Source of the DNA: Callorhinchus milii
Lineage: Eukaryota
Length of the DNA: 64,000 nt
Direction of reading: 5' to 3'
NCBI RefSeq assembly: GCF_018977255.1
Contig: NW_024704743.1
Location: forward strand, 87,174,001-87,238,000
Position numbers and translations under genes: made by a program. Under the pieces are notes generated by a model. The model had not been told where the DNA came from, did not search any database, and was given only the letters and a program-made list of their open reading frames with translations. Of this stretch, positions 25,600 through 38,190 are shown piece after piece; position 1 is the first letter of the stretch; each line of letters begins with the position of its first letter.

Positions 25600-26420
25600 A
25601 GCAGTGTTTACACTGTCACATCCTATTGTTCAATGCAACATATTTTCACTGTTGAAAAGCACCCAATGAAACCTGACCCTCATCGTTTGCATCTGACCTC
25701 CCCATCACTGGGTTTATACAAGGGACCTGGTGCTGTTCACAGTGCCCAGCTCAGTCTTCACCTGCATTTCAGCAGGCAGGTGCTTTTGTTTATTAATCCT
25801 GGATGTGGTTTGCTCCAATTCCCCCTTCTTTCTCATGAGCTCTTGGTAGTTTCCACTAGGAGAAGGTCACATTACTGAGCATGTCTGGTGCCCAGCCAAG
25901 CTGAGCTGAGCTGCAGTTTGCAGGAGATCTGAATGGAAAGGCCTTCAGCAGATAAACGGTGTGCAGGCAGGCAGGAGTGAAGTGGGACATGCAGTAAACC
26001 TTGCAAGTAAGTTGCTTTAATTGTATCTGTTGGTTCAGGTCGCAAGAGAGCGAACGATCTGCTTCTCTGTGCCCAATGCACTGGATTGCTGTAATTTTTG
26101 GTTAAGTGATTGATAATCAATTCAGCTGTTCAGTGGTATCAGGACTGCAGGAAAAAACAAGAGGGAAGGGTGTCACTCAGGGCTCTTCAGTGCTGTGGGA
26201 GTGCAGACAGTCCTGTATAGTATAATGGAAGCTGAACTAGTTCTGTTCCAGGTAATACTGTACTGTGTGCTGCTGTAACCTTGTGATAAGCAGCCTGTCA
26301 CTGCTCACCCAGGCTGGTAAAGCTGCTGAGGATAACTTTTTCTGAGCTGATTATAGCTGCAATGCTGTAATTAATGGAGCACCGTATCTCTGGTTGTATG
26401 ACAAGCTCAGTCCAGAGCTG
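25600..26420 (+). promoter_or_regulatory. Candidate promoter/enhancer with a possible non-coding exon ending at ~26006
   Basis: Repeat-free, CAG/CTG-rich; FOX-like TGTTTAC/TGTTTAT, nuclear-receptor half-sites TGACCT/AGGTCA, GATA, inverted ATTGAT-A-ATCAAT; donor gcaa|gtaagt. Confidence 0.3.
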
Positions 26421-26610
26421 AAAAAAAGGGAGCAATCTCTTTACCTATCTGAATACTACAAGGTGGTGTGGAGCAGCAGGATAAAATGCCTCTTCTTCCT
26501 CCCCCCACCCCTCCCCCTCCCACAATAGTTAACTCTATGATGACTACAGCAGAACAAAAATACTGTACATTGTTATCAAGCAATTATTTATTACGTTTCT
26601 CTATTTATGT

Positions 26611-26990
26611 CAGCCTGGCTCGGTGGGTCGCACACTTAATTCTGGATTAGGAGGTTGTGGGTTTAAATCCCACACTACGACTGGATCTTAAAATCCAGGT
26701 TTACACTACAGTGCGGCAATGAGGCGACGCAGAGCTGTACTGAGGATGAGATATTAAACTGTGGACTTGTCTGCCAATTGGGGTAAATATTAAAGATCCT
26801 ATTGCACTATTTTGATGGAATCTGAGGTACTGGCCAATATTCCTCTCTTATCCAAATTCACACAAAAAAAAACAGGTTTGATTCAGTCATTCATCTCAAT
26901 GCTGTTTGTGGGATGTTGCTATCTTGGTTGTCTATTGACTGTTGTTAATTACCTTGTAGCAACTTATGATGCACCTTGAGATATTTCAGT
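26611..26990 (+). mobile_element. Deu-SINE (SacSINE1-like), degenerate
   Basis: gcctggctcggtgggtcgcacac...ggttgtgggtttaaatccc...gctgtttgtgggatgttgct. Confidence 0.8.
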
Positions 26991-28504
26991 GTGAAGTTCA
27001 TCTTTCCATAATGTGTATTTTAAGAACTTTTAAATGGGGGAGAAGAAATCTTGCTTATCTCCTTATTTTTCAACCTATTCTGTAAATTGTTGCAGTACTG
27101 TATGTGAATGGTACTTTAAATGTGAAAGGAAAATGTGTGCTGTGTACTGAATGCAGTAATGTGTGTGTACAGTATTCATTTGATAGATAAGAACAAATAA
27201 TCTAAAATGAGTGTTTTACGACACATAGAATAATTATTTTGTTGACTGGAATTGTTCTGCAGAAATAACACAGTTTAAAGTTTTTCATCTTGTTATCAAT
27301 TTGCTTGGTAACTTGGTTGGAAAGTGTACTGTCCAGTGTGAAACTGATACACAGTGTGATACACAGGGTGTAAAGACACCACGTTCAAATCCGGGGTTTC
27401 TGCTCTTGATCAGTTCCCCAAGTGAAATAACTGGCTTTACGGGCAAGAAGTCAATTTGCACGAATGTGCTCTGGTACGCTACCCTGTGTGAGAGGTGCTA
27501 TATAAATGCAAGTTGTTGTTGAATGCACACCCCACATGTGGACACATCATACGCGCGTGTGTGCACATGCCATAGGATAGCCTGCCAAAGCTCATAGATA
27601 GTCTTGTACATGAAGAATATTCCCAGAGGACTCTGCTTTGGCATGAGTTCAGGAGAGGAGTGAAGAAAATTGAAAGCAGGGGAAGAGAGTAATAGTTTTA
27701 TCTCTTATCATCAGTGTTTCTGAATGATTTAAGCTGCAGTATTTGCTTTCAGTACTTTATCTGAATGGGTATTTCAGCCAGCTGTAAAATAACTAGTGAA
27801 ATCATGCCTTTGTAAAAAGAAATCACAGATGGGGCCAAAGAAATGCAAGCAGATGGCAATAGGAGTCTAAACTGGGTGCAGTTAAAGAGTTAAACCCTCT
27901 AAGTACTTAATACGTATGCTGTACTCAGAATATCCACATTTTTGAAATGGTGGCAAATGATTTCCTTTGCATTTTTGGTGCATTACAGTTCAATTATTTA
28001 AAAAATATCATAATGTAAATGCTGGGTAAGGATTCTTGCTTAAGCGAATGTTTCGCTCACTTCACTGAATCTGACGTGTGTTTTATTAGATCAGGCACTT
28101 GTTCAGTCCCTACACTTGACAGTAAACAACAAAACTACATTTGTAAAGGGCAAAAGCACGTTGAGACATCTTGAAATGATGATATGCTGTAAAATGTCGG
28201 TTCTTCTTTCGAAGTTGGCTATTTTGTGAACTGGACCAGCTTGTAAATGTGCCGAGTAATCTAATGTTACTGTGTTCAATGCGGAGGGGGAAACACTGGT
28301 GGTGATTTCCTTGGAGGATTGGCATTTAAATCTTTCTATAAAAAGACTGTATAATGCTGATCAAGATTGTTTCACATAGATAGATTCAGTAAGATACGCA
28401 ATTATATTAAAACCCCTGTTGTAAAAAGACTGTACCAGGTAGAGCCTGGTACAGACAACCAAATATGCTAGAGTTGTTTGCTGAAATATAAAGAGAGGAT
28501 TTAC

Positions 28505-28705
28505 TGTAGTTTAAAACATACAAACAATAAACCTGTGGAACAGGCTCCCTAGGGAGACAGATTAAGCAGCCAATATTGATTCCTTCAAACGCAGATATAG
28601 TACATAGGTAGTTCGGTACATAAGTGCAGCGACCACCAGGAAGGTGGAAGGTGAACTAGATGGACCTTGGTCTGTTTTTGCCGATCGTTTCTTATGTTCT
28701 TACGT
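28505..28705 (+). mobile_element. CR1 3' end
   Basis: tgtggaacaggctccct...gatggaccttggtct...ttcttatgttctta. Confidence 0.7.
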
Positions 28706-29079
28706 TACATTGTTTCCCTCCCCGCCGCCTATTCTCTTCCTGGTTTCATGACTCTTGTGTTTAAGAATCTCCTGGGCATAAATGGTTAAACTCTGTTTTG
28801 TGGGGACAGGCAGATTGTTTCATCTGCTCAATCCCATTAGATATTGCACTTGATGTATCGTGATTTGCTAGAACAAAAACGAAGGAAAGTGCTGAATCTC
28901 GGATGGTCAGTTTAAAGCTTTCAGCTCTGGAAGCTGAGGTTAAGTCCTGTATGTTTAAATAGAAAGAACTTGTACCTATAAATTTTGAAATGTATCGAAG
29001 CACTTCCTAATAATTACCCAACTCAAGTGCCTTTTTTGTAGGTAAGTATTGTGGCCATTTTGCTTACAGCAAAATCCCA

Positions 29080-30135
29080 TCAACAACAATGAATTAGAGT
29101 TGTACGGTGCCCTTCACGTTGGAAAGACATCCCAGGGCATTAGACAATCAGGGGATTGGGACCCAAGCTGGGAGTTGGGGTCAGGAGGGGTGGAGCGCAG
29201 GGGGTGTGGGGATGATAGGGTGGCTGAAAGTATGATCGAAGAGGAAGGTCTTTAGATGGGACTTGAAGGAGGCAAGAAAGTGGGTAAGTGGAGGGATTGC
29301 ATGATAGAGTTCCAGAGTGTGGGGGCAGAGATGCTGAATGCCCAACCGCCAATGGTGGGGTGAGAAGTGAGGGGTCCTTGAGCAGGCCAGTGTCAGCCAA
29401 GCGGAGGGAGCTGACAGGCTGATATGGGGTTAGAAGGTCGGAGAATTAGGGGTGTGAGATTGGTTTTGTACTCGATTGTCTAAGGAATGGGGAGCCAGTG
29501 AAGCCAGGCAAGGGTGGGGGTTATCTTTTTGCAGAGCCTGGTGAGGGAGTGGACATGAACTGCAGAGTTTTGAATAATCTGCAGCTTGTGGAGGGAAGGA
29601 TTGGGAAGTCCAGCGAGCAGGCAGTTGGCGTAGTCAAGCTGGGACATGATGAAAGAGTGGATAAGGGTCTCACTGGCCTGTGGTCAGAGGCAGGCAATGT
29701 GGCGGAGGTGGGGAAAGGCGGAAAAGGTCATGGCACAAATGTGGGGTTTGAAGGATAGCTGAGGGTCGAACAGGACACGGAGGTTCCGTATTGGCTTGGT
29801 GAGATGTAGAGTGCAACCATGAATAGTGAACAGTCAGTGCCTGAGGTGAGGGGGTGCTGATGGGAGCCAAGCAGGAGGGCCTCTGTCTTGCCAACATTCA
29901 GATGGAGGAAGTTGGCTCTCGTCCAGGACTTGATGTCTGACAGGCAATTAGCCAGTACAGCAGGGGTCCTAGAGTCAAGAGTGGAAGCGGTGAAATAGAT
30001 TTGGATGTCATCCGCATACATGTGCAGTTGACATCACCGAGCGGGAGCATGTATAGATTGAAGAGGTGGGGACTGAGGACAGAGCCCTGAGGGACATAAC
30101 ACGTGAAAGTGCGGGGGCTAGAAGAGAAGTTGTTA
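29080..30135 (-). mobile_element. 5'-truncated L2 LINE
   Basis: MYADDIQIYF...CLSDIKSWTRANFLHLNVGKTE. Confidence 0.95.
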
Positions 30136-30302
30136 GTGGACAGCCACGAGTTGAAACTGGAGAATACTAGATCTTTTCAAATTGTGCATGGGATCTTTTT
30201 GCATCCGCCACAAGAACAGGTAGATGAGACCTTGCTTCAAAGTCTCATCCAAAGGACAGCACCTATGACATTGCAGCACTCCCTCTGTTAGACTGTTAGC
30301 TT

Positions 30303-30400
30303 AGAGCAGGGTCCAACCTTTCGGCTTCTGAGGGCCGGATGCCTTAAATAAGAAAGGTCCACGGGCTGCAAAAGCAATATTTTTGTATTTCCCTTTCATA
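30303..30400 (+). mobile_element. hAT-like DNA transposon terminal fragment
   Basis: tagagcagggtccaacc...gagggccggat...cgggctgca resembles hAT/Charlie termini. Confidence 0.45.
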
Positions 30401-30404
30401 AACA

Positions 30405-31490
30405 TACAACAATAACAACAACAACAAGATTCCATTTATAAAGCGCCTTTCACGTCAGGAGGACGTCCCAAGGTGCTGCACAGTTGGGTCATGACCGGAG
30501 CGAGGGGGGGGGGGGGGGGGAAGGGGTGGGGGGGGGGGGGGGGAGGGGGGGGGAGGGAGGGAGGAGGGGGGAAATGGTCAGGGTGAGGGGAGGGAAGGGA
30601 GGGAGCGAGGAGGGGGGAAATGGTCAGGGTGAGGGGAGGGAAGGAGGGAGCGAGGAGGGGGGAAATGGTCAGGGTGAGGGGAGGGAAGGGAGGGAGCGAG
30701 GAGGGGGAAGAGAGTCGAGAGGGGAGCTGAAGGCACGGTCAAAGAGAAAGGTTTTGAGACGACCTTGAAGGAGGAAAGGGAGGAAGCGGCGAAGGCACTG
30801 GGGGATGGAGTTCCAGAGCCTGGGGCTGAGAGGCTGAAGGCCCGACCACCGATGGTAGGGCGATTGGGGCGGGGGACGTGGAGCAGACCGGAGCCAGAGG
30901 AACGGAGGGTACGGGCAGGTAGGTAGGGGATAGTAGGTCGGAGAGGTAGGAGGGAGCAAGGCCGTGAATGGCCTTGTAGGTGAGGATGAGGATCTTGAAT
31001 TCGATCCTCTGGGGGATGGGGAGCCAGTGGAGGCGAGCGAGGGTGGGAGTGATGTGGTCGCGAAGCCTGGTGCGGGACAGTACACGAGCTGCAGAGTTCT
31101 GAATGACCTGCAGCTTGTGGAGGGAGGTGCCGGGAAGGCCGGCGAGGAGAGAGTTCCCATAGTCCAGCCTTGAGGTGACAAAGGCGTGAACCAGGGTTTC
31201 AGCAGCGTGAGGGGTGAGGTAATGCCGTAGTCTGGCGATGTTCCGGAGGTGATGGAAGGCGGTGCCAGTTGTGGTGCGGATGTGAGGGAGAAAGGACAGC
31301 TCAGGGTCGAACAAAACGCCGAGGTTCCTGACCGGCTTTGAGAGGTGGAGAGTGCAGCCTTGGATGCTGATGCTGTCAGCGCCTGAGGTGCGGAGGCGCT
31401 GACGTGAGCCAATCAGGAGGGCCTCGGTTTTTCGCACGTTGAGCTGAAGAAAGTTGTCTCTCGTCCAGGACTCGATGTCGGACAGGCAGG
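30405..31490 (-). mobile_element. Young 5'-truncated L2 LINE with expanded G-rich 3' UTR
   Basis: Long open ORF2 segment CLSDIESW...[10 protein letters not shown]...[14 protein letters not shown]; CpGs retained; very similar to 51928-52850. Confidence 0.97.
30561..30697. repeat. Tandem triplication of a 45-46-bp L2 3' UTR unit next to poly-G tracts
   Basis: gaggaggggggaaatggtcagggtgaggggagggaagggagggagc x3; single unit in the 52 kb copy. Confidence 0.9.
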
Positions 31491-31494
31491 CATA

Positions 31495-31820
31495 ACCATA
31501 TTTACACAGCACCTTTTGCATATTGGAAAGACATCTCAAAGCACTCAACACATCCGGCTAGGCACTGAGCTGGAGGTGGGGGCCAAAGGAGGTTAGAGGG
31601 GGAGGGGAAAAGCTGACCAAAAGCATGGTGAAAGAGGTAGGTCTTGACATGCCTTGAAAGAGGGGAGGGAGCGATTCGGAGGGATACTAGGAGTGGAACT
31701 CCAGAGAGCGGACATAAAGTGGCAATGGTGGGGCAAATGAGGTGGGGTGACATGAAGCAAGCCAGTGTTTGCGGGCAAAGGGAATGGGTGGCTCGGGAGG
31801 TCGCAGAGGTAGGGTGTGGG
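31495..31820 (-). mobile_element. Old L2 3' fragment
   Basis: KTYLFHHAFG-type translation and a diverged tail. Confidence 0.8.
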
Positions 31821-33559
31821 GAAATTAAGTAAAGGAGTTCCTTATTAGAGAAAGAGAGAGCTTTTTGTGAGGAAACTGCATGGCACAGCGCTCAATGTCT
31901 GTCCTCAGCCCCCACTGCGGCAGCTCAGGGAGGCTCCGAGTGTCTGTCCTGACAACGAGTCACAAAATGCTGCCCTCACATCTCCTATCACTCTCTCTCT
32001 CTCTCTTTGTTTCTCATTCTCCGCCACTCCCTGATGCTCTGTGGGCCACCAATTGCACCACTAATGTATGAGCTCAAGTTGAGTACTAATTGGGAGCAGG
32101 CAGCTTCATTATTACTGTGGTTGCTAAGTGTCTGAACTGGATGTGTTTGATGCTGTCAGTCAGTACCAACAATTGTAAAATGTTTTATACCCCTACAGTT
32201 CTCACCTTGATGAGTATAAACCCCACTAACTTTAACAAAAAATGCTGCATTTTTTGCTGAAAAGAGCTGGCATTTCAATAAAAGAAAGTAGGTAAGCCCC
32301 GTATGATTTGCTTGCAAGTTCACAATGTAGTGATACAAAAAATGCGGAAACATGCAGGACTTCATTGTGATAAAAATGTTGCCCAACTCTCTGGCTCCTT
32401 CACAAACTTAAAAAGTACAGTTGGACAAACATAGGCATGAAGCCAGTGCTCCTTTAGTTGCTAGGGAGCAAGTTACTGTTTTTGTAAGTGATTGAATAGA
32501 AATCAAGGACTCTTGTCAGGAACTGGAAGCACATCACCTCAACCTGCAGGTTCTTGGCTCCAACAAAATCTCCTTGGTAGACTCAGAATTGCTATTTAGA
32601 GAATACAAAATGTTTACACCCTGCTGTAATTATTTTCGATTTGCCTTTCCAAGAAGTGAACTGAGGCATAACTGGTGAATTTCAATCAAATGCATCCTAT
32701 TGCATTGGGTGAAATGGTCACTACTTTCATATTTGTTTAGATCAAAGATAATCTTATGAAGTCACTCAATTGCGCAACACAATTCTTAGCCTTAAAATGG
32801 CTTCACCAATAGCAGCTGAACTTGGGGAGAAGTCTGACTGAGATACAGAGAATATAGTAGGTGATGTTCAATTCATTTTAATGTATTTTCCTGTGGATAT
32901 GAGGGTGGAGGAAGAGGTGGTGAGGGAAAGAGTGATGAGAGAGGCAATGGTTGTAGTGTGAGTGAGTGTGCACAAGGAAAATGAGAAAAAATATAATTGA
33001 ATTATTTGAGTGAGTTCCTTTTCCTGGTTTGATTTGTATTTTTTTAACATGTGTTTGTATGTAAATATAATATAAATACATACACATATGTATTTATATA
33101 TTATAGATAGGATTCTCCTTATGTCGGAAATATGTACAATCCAGATAAATGTTGATTCATGCTTCTGGATCTTGGCACTCGATTTAGAAACCTGTGATTT
33201 AGTTTATTGATCATCTTAACATCATGGTTCATTTTATTCATGTCCACTATCTTTATGTATGGCTCCCACACTGTTGCTAACACACCCATGTTTTGGTTAA
33301 AGAAAGCAGTTTGTTCATACTCTGGCCACTTTATTAATACTAATAACAAGCACAGCTTGACTCCTCCCCACATGAGACTTGGTTTCACAAATCCGTTATT
33401 CTAAGGAGGACAAAAATAAATCCTAATCTCTAGTTTTACTCAAGGTTTGTTAATGTTGTGCCTAATTTAAACCCACAATTTCTGGCTTTAGTGGTGCTAC
33501 CACTAAACCTAAATTCAAGACGCCAGTGGCATAGGCGATTGAACCAACACTAACAAATT

Positions 33560-33930
33560 CCCACTATGGAACTTTGAACTCACGGTCTACTGTGCAATGC
33601 AGTGCCGGGGGAGCATTGTCTTGTCAGTGGTCTTATCCTTCAGATTAGATGTTAAACCAAGATCCTTACTGTCTATTCAGTTGGACCATGAAGAACCCAT
33701 GACACTATTTGAAAAGAGAATGGTATTTCCCTGTGTCCTGGACAATAATCCTACAGCTAAATTGGCTATTCAGCTTCTGGTTCTTGGTAGGGAATTGCTG
33801 TAGGCAGTTTGGTTGCTGTGTTCATCTGCAGGTTAATTTACTATTCTTTACAGAAAATTGGTGTGTTTTGAAATATTTCAACATGATGAGGGGCTATATC
33901 CAATGCCAGGATTTTTATTATTATTATTAT
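33560..33930 (+). mobile_element. Deu-SINE, degenerate
   Basis: cttcagattagatgttaaacc...cccatgacactatttgaaaagag...(TTA)n tail. Confidence 0.75.
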
Positions 33931-34439
33931 CTATGGGCCATTAAGGTCATACTTTCTTGCATTCAATCCCGGCAACCAGGGTCAATTGAAAAGCTAAACA
34001 ATTACCTGGACTTATTTTAAAATTCCTATAAAACTAAACAGAAGTGTTTATATTGATTTTAAACATGCAGAGGTTTGGAGACTTGTGGCCAAACCAACTA
34101 TCTTTTATAAATATACCTAGATATAGTGTTCATGAAGGGAGCTCTCCAAGCCTATTTAAACTGATAATTGGCTTGTCATGAGAACAAGACATTGCTGCGA
34201 TACCAGGTTAGCAGGTCAATAAAATCCCCTCCAATTCAGAAGAATGGAATTGATAAACACACGACATACCACCTGTCCAGCTACTACAAGTGCCCTACTT
34301 GACAGGGCTTTGGCTTATTCTGGTGAGAGAGTCTATACTTTACCTGATTCAATTACCATTTTCCTAGGGGGAGAGGGAAGAGATCAGTTGGATCACTTTG
34401 GAGCTGAGTTTGCTCAAGGTGACATGCTTGGCACAGAAT

Positions 34440-34870
34440 ATTGGAATCGAGTCAATCCTCTGTGGTGATAGTTCAGCTCCTGAGTCAAGTGGTCTACAGT
34501 GTTCCAGGACCCTGTAGATGACAAACTAGACAACCTGGTCCATCAGCATGGATTTGGAGGGACAGAAAAGTCAGCTCCTGTTATTCTTACAAGGCAAAGC
34601 CTCAATGGGAGGGTGGTTCTAGCTGAACAAGCAGTAGGAAGCTTACCAGATGGTGCTTCACAGGCAAGCTAAACAGTTTTAGCTGGTTAAATTCTTGCAG
34701 TACCCTAATGCACACTCTGGGATCCCCAAGCCTTGGCTCTTGTCAACCTGTGTCAAATTCTCTTAAAATTCTCTACACACAGGATGTGTCTCTCCAGGGA
34801 GAGAGTGTGCATTATATCCAGACACAGGAAAATTTCCATATATATGTTGCATACATATGTGGAACACTCA
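34440..34870 (+). repeat. Unclassified interspersed repeat, copy 3
   Basis: ctagctgaacaagcagtaggaagct...cactctgggatccccaagccttggct...cagggagagagtgtgcat. Confidence 0.75.
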
Positions 34871-36675
34871 AAAACAGACTGATGCTATTAAGCCTGGTGA
34901 TGGGTTTCTGCTTGTGTCTGACAATAACAACAACTTGCATTTACACAATGCAGAATAACAATCAGAAACTCGGCTGAGCAAACAAAATGTAATTGGTTTA
35001 CTGCGGACATACCAGGCATTGCCAGAGGTGTCTTTGAGCCAACACAACCCCATGGAACTCTCATTTGCTTTATCCTCCAGGGATGATTATGTTTATTTAG
35101 ACAACTTTCATTTTAGCAACTTCCAAAAGTTGAAATGCTCAATTGCATCCATGGTGATTAAAACTCGCAACTTTCCAGTCTCAAGTCTGGTATTTAACCA
35201 ACGTGAGATACCCTCCATGTTCAGAAGGGTTTACTTGGTTGAACAATATGATAGTGTTAGTCGCAAACATGTTCTGGAACTGGCATAACTCATTGCACAT
35301 GATCCAACAAATATTTACATGCCTTACACCAGAAAATTAAAAATCTCTCTAAACTCCATGTTGAAAGTAAAAAAAAAATTTGGATCTTTGCTACAGCATT
35401 TGCAATCAGTTACTGTCAAGTGCAGAGCCTACTTGTAACCAAACATTTATTTATTGATCAGTTGTATTATTTGCTTATTGAAATACATGATAAACATTTT
35501 CTGGAGTTGCAGTTGGGTCTTTTCCCGGACCCAAGTTTGCCAAAACCTTGCTCTCGCTTAAACACATTTTAAAGACACAAAGATGCAATGCTCTCAATGA
35601 GGAACATCACCAAGCACGCCACAGGTTTATTGTTCAATGTATCAGGTGTTTGGACAGTTCAGGGCAGAGGCTTCACGATTGCATCCAGCACAACACATAG
35701 AATTCAAATGGGTGAGGAAGGCCTGGAGCGGTCGACTGTAGAAGAGACTCCAGCGAATGTCAGGGTCCAACTGGTTGTGTGTCACTTTAATTAACATTCT
35801 TCTGACATCTGCATCCTTGCATCCCTCATGGTCCTATGGTATGTTTAGCCCCAGAGCAGAATCTTATATAAAGCACTTGTGGTGAAACAAATGACAGTAA
35901 TGGGTGCTGACTCTTCTGAGTGTGATTCAGGTTTGCTAGTTGTGCTGTTTCTCTAGGTGGTCCTGGTTGATCTTTGATAGGAAGTGACAAGAGAGAAACA
36001 CTGTCAGCATGTATAATATCGTATGTATTCAACATCTACCTATTTGTTATGCTCGAGGTAACATTGCGATGCTAAAAGCTTATTCAGCAGTACTGGCAAA
36101 GGGTGCGCAGTGAGAGGCAATTAAAGAAAGCCAGGATGGGATGTGGGCGAATGAACATGTGGTGGAGGGAGGCAGATTGAGCATGATTTGGCAAGAGGGA
36201 GGGAGGCAGAGTGAGGACAAGGTTGAGAGAGAGAGGAGGCATGAGATGGAAGGGAGGAGAAGGTTAAAGGAAGTGAGGAGTGAGGAAGGGAGCATGTGGG
36301 GATGAAAAACAGTGATCCCGTGTGTGTGTAAAAAAAAAAGTGATGATGTTATAGCTATTGTATCCTAGAAAGCAACGTGATTAGTTTTAGACATAGAATT
36401 GCCTTCATCACAGTGTACAGTGAGAGCGAAGTTGTGTGGTTGAATTACAACTGCATTCAGACATCCAGAGCTGTGCATATTTAAGTGTCGCACAGGGTGA
36501 ATCTTGCAATCCTCTGTGTATTGTGTACAATTGCTGCCCTGAAAAGCAAGAACTGCTTGATGTTTTATCACTGAATCTGGGTTGCTTCTGCATGTTTCTT
36601 AGCAAATTGCCATGAATTCACTCTGAAAAGTACAGTAGAAATTGGAGCTGGGCAGCCAGGGAGTATCGCTCCGGC

Positions 36676-37058
36676 TATCCTGCAGCGTATTGATATCCTG
36701 TATTGTATTGGTTAGAGCATTCGCCTCACAAGGGGGAGGACCCGGGTTTGATTCCTGGGCGGGGCGAAACCTTAGACAAGTTTCCTTACTCCACACGCCT
36801 TTGTTTACCTAGCAGTAAGTAGGAATCCGATTGTTAGTCAATTGACGGATCGTTTTCCGGGGATAAAACTCCCTTCTTAAAATAATAATAATTTGGTCAC
36901 TCATTCCATGACTGTTTGTGGGACACTGTTGTGCGCAATTGGCTGCTGCGTTTCACCCACAAAATATAATCAGTTCACTTTATAATATATTCTGTGAAAC
37001 GCTTTGCGACGTCTCAACAATGTGATAAGGTGTTATATTAAATGCAAGTATTATTATT
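36676..37058 (+). mobile_element. Full-length tRNA-derived SINE, Val-CAC-like head subfamily
   Basis: ttcgcctcacaag...gacccgggtttgattcc; extra tgtttacctagcagtaagtagg segment; Deu-like 3' half and L2-type tail. Confidence 0.88.
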
Positions 37059-37369
37059 GCTGGAGGGGGAGGAGAGTGAACTGAAGATTGCTTGGACTAC
37101 CTTTCCAGCTGGTTTTAACGGCATTTGAATGTTCACTGCTGCAGTGTGAATGCTGTGAGTCCAAAACAATTCTGGCTCCACTCCCAAGTGATTCCTTAAG
37201 TTTTGCCAAGAACTTTGCAGCAACTGTTTTTTGTTATTAAAGAGAAGAAACTGCATCTCCTTTTCTGATGTCATTGAAACTTTAATGTGAAAGTCCTTTC
37301 TTAATCCTCAAAGAGTTTGGCTATAATGTTTGTCGTAACTCATCTCTTAACACTGCAAATTATAATTTA

Positions 37370-37560
37370 TAATAATAAATATAATAAATTGGTCACTCAA
37401 TCCACGACTGTTTGAGGGACATTACTGTGTGCAATTGGCTGTTGCGTTTTGCCAACAAAATATACAGTCGTTTCCCTTTACAGAATATTCTGTGAAGTGC
37501 TTTGAGACGTCTCAAAGACATGATAAGGTGCTATATCAAATGTAAGGGTTAAATGCAAGG
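37370..37560 (+). mobile_element. SINE 3' half
   Basis: aataaattggtcactcaatccacgactg...gtgctatatcaaatg. Confidence 0.85.
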
Positions 37561-37629
37561 TTCATAAGATGCGAAAGGAGATTGAGAAAATAATCGCCAA
37601 ACAATGCTTTAGATATCTGAAGGTAGCAG

Positions 37630-38190
37630 GACAAACAGGCATAGATTTAGGGTTATGATGGACAATTCAGGACATTTTTTTACAACAAGGGCACTTAGTA
37701 GCTGGAATGGGTTACCATGAGGGGTGGTTGAGACTAGGATGCTGGATGGACAGAAGAAATCGCTTGATGCTAGCAAAACGCTGTGAAGAGCACTATATAA
37801 ATGCAAGTTGTTGTTATGAAGAATGAGAAAGGTAACCAAATGCATGGTTGAAAAGATGGGACTCGAAGTGGCCTTTAGTGGAGGTGGGGAGAGAGAAAGT
37901 TGAAAGGACTCTGGGATGGAGTTCAAGAGAATAGGGGCACAATGGCTAAAACCTTGCCCAGTGATGGTGAGGCAGATTGGGCAGGAGGCATGAAGAGGAC
38001 CTATGATTGCTGAGCGGCGGTGTCTGCAGGGCTGCAGAGGGGAGGGTGGGGTGAGCCCATGGAGTGAAATGAATGCAAGGGCAAGGATCTTGAGTTTGAT
38101 CCACAGTGGATAGGGAGCTAGTGGCACCAAGTGAGGATCAGGATCGTAGGTTCACAGTGTGAGAGAACATGGACTACAGAGTTCTGGATT
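37630..38190. mobile_element. Cluster of old CR1 (+), L2 tail (+) and L2 (-) fragments
   Basis: CR1 3' motif at 37630-37770; IKLKILALAFISLHGL-type L2 translation on the minus strand. Confidence 0.7.

Noticed and set aside
28430..28454. Short perfect hairpins (also 11921-11938 and 54301-54335)
   Set aside because: Stems of 9-11 bp can arise by chance or slippage in 64 kb; no supporting context
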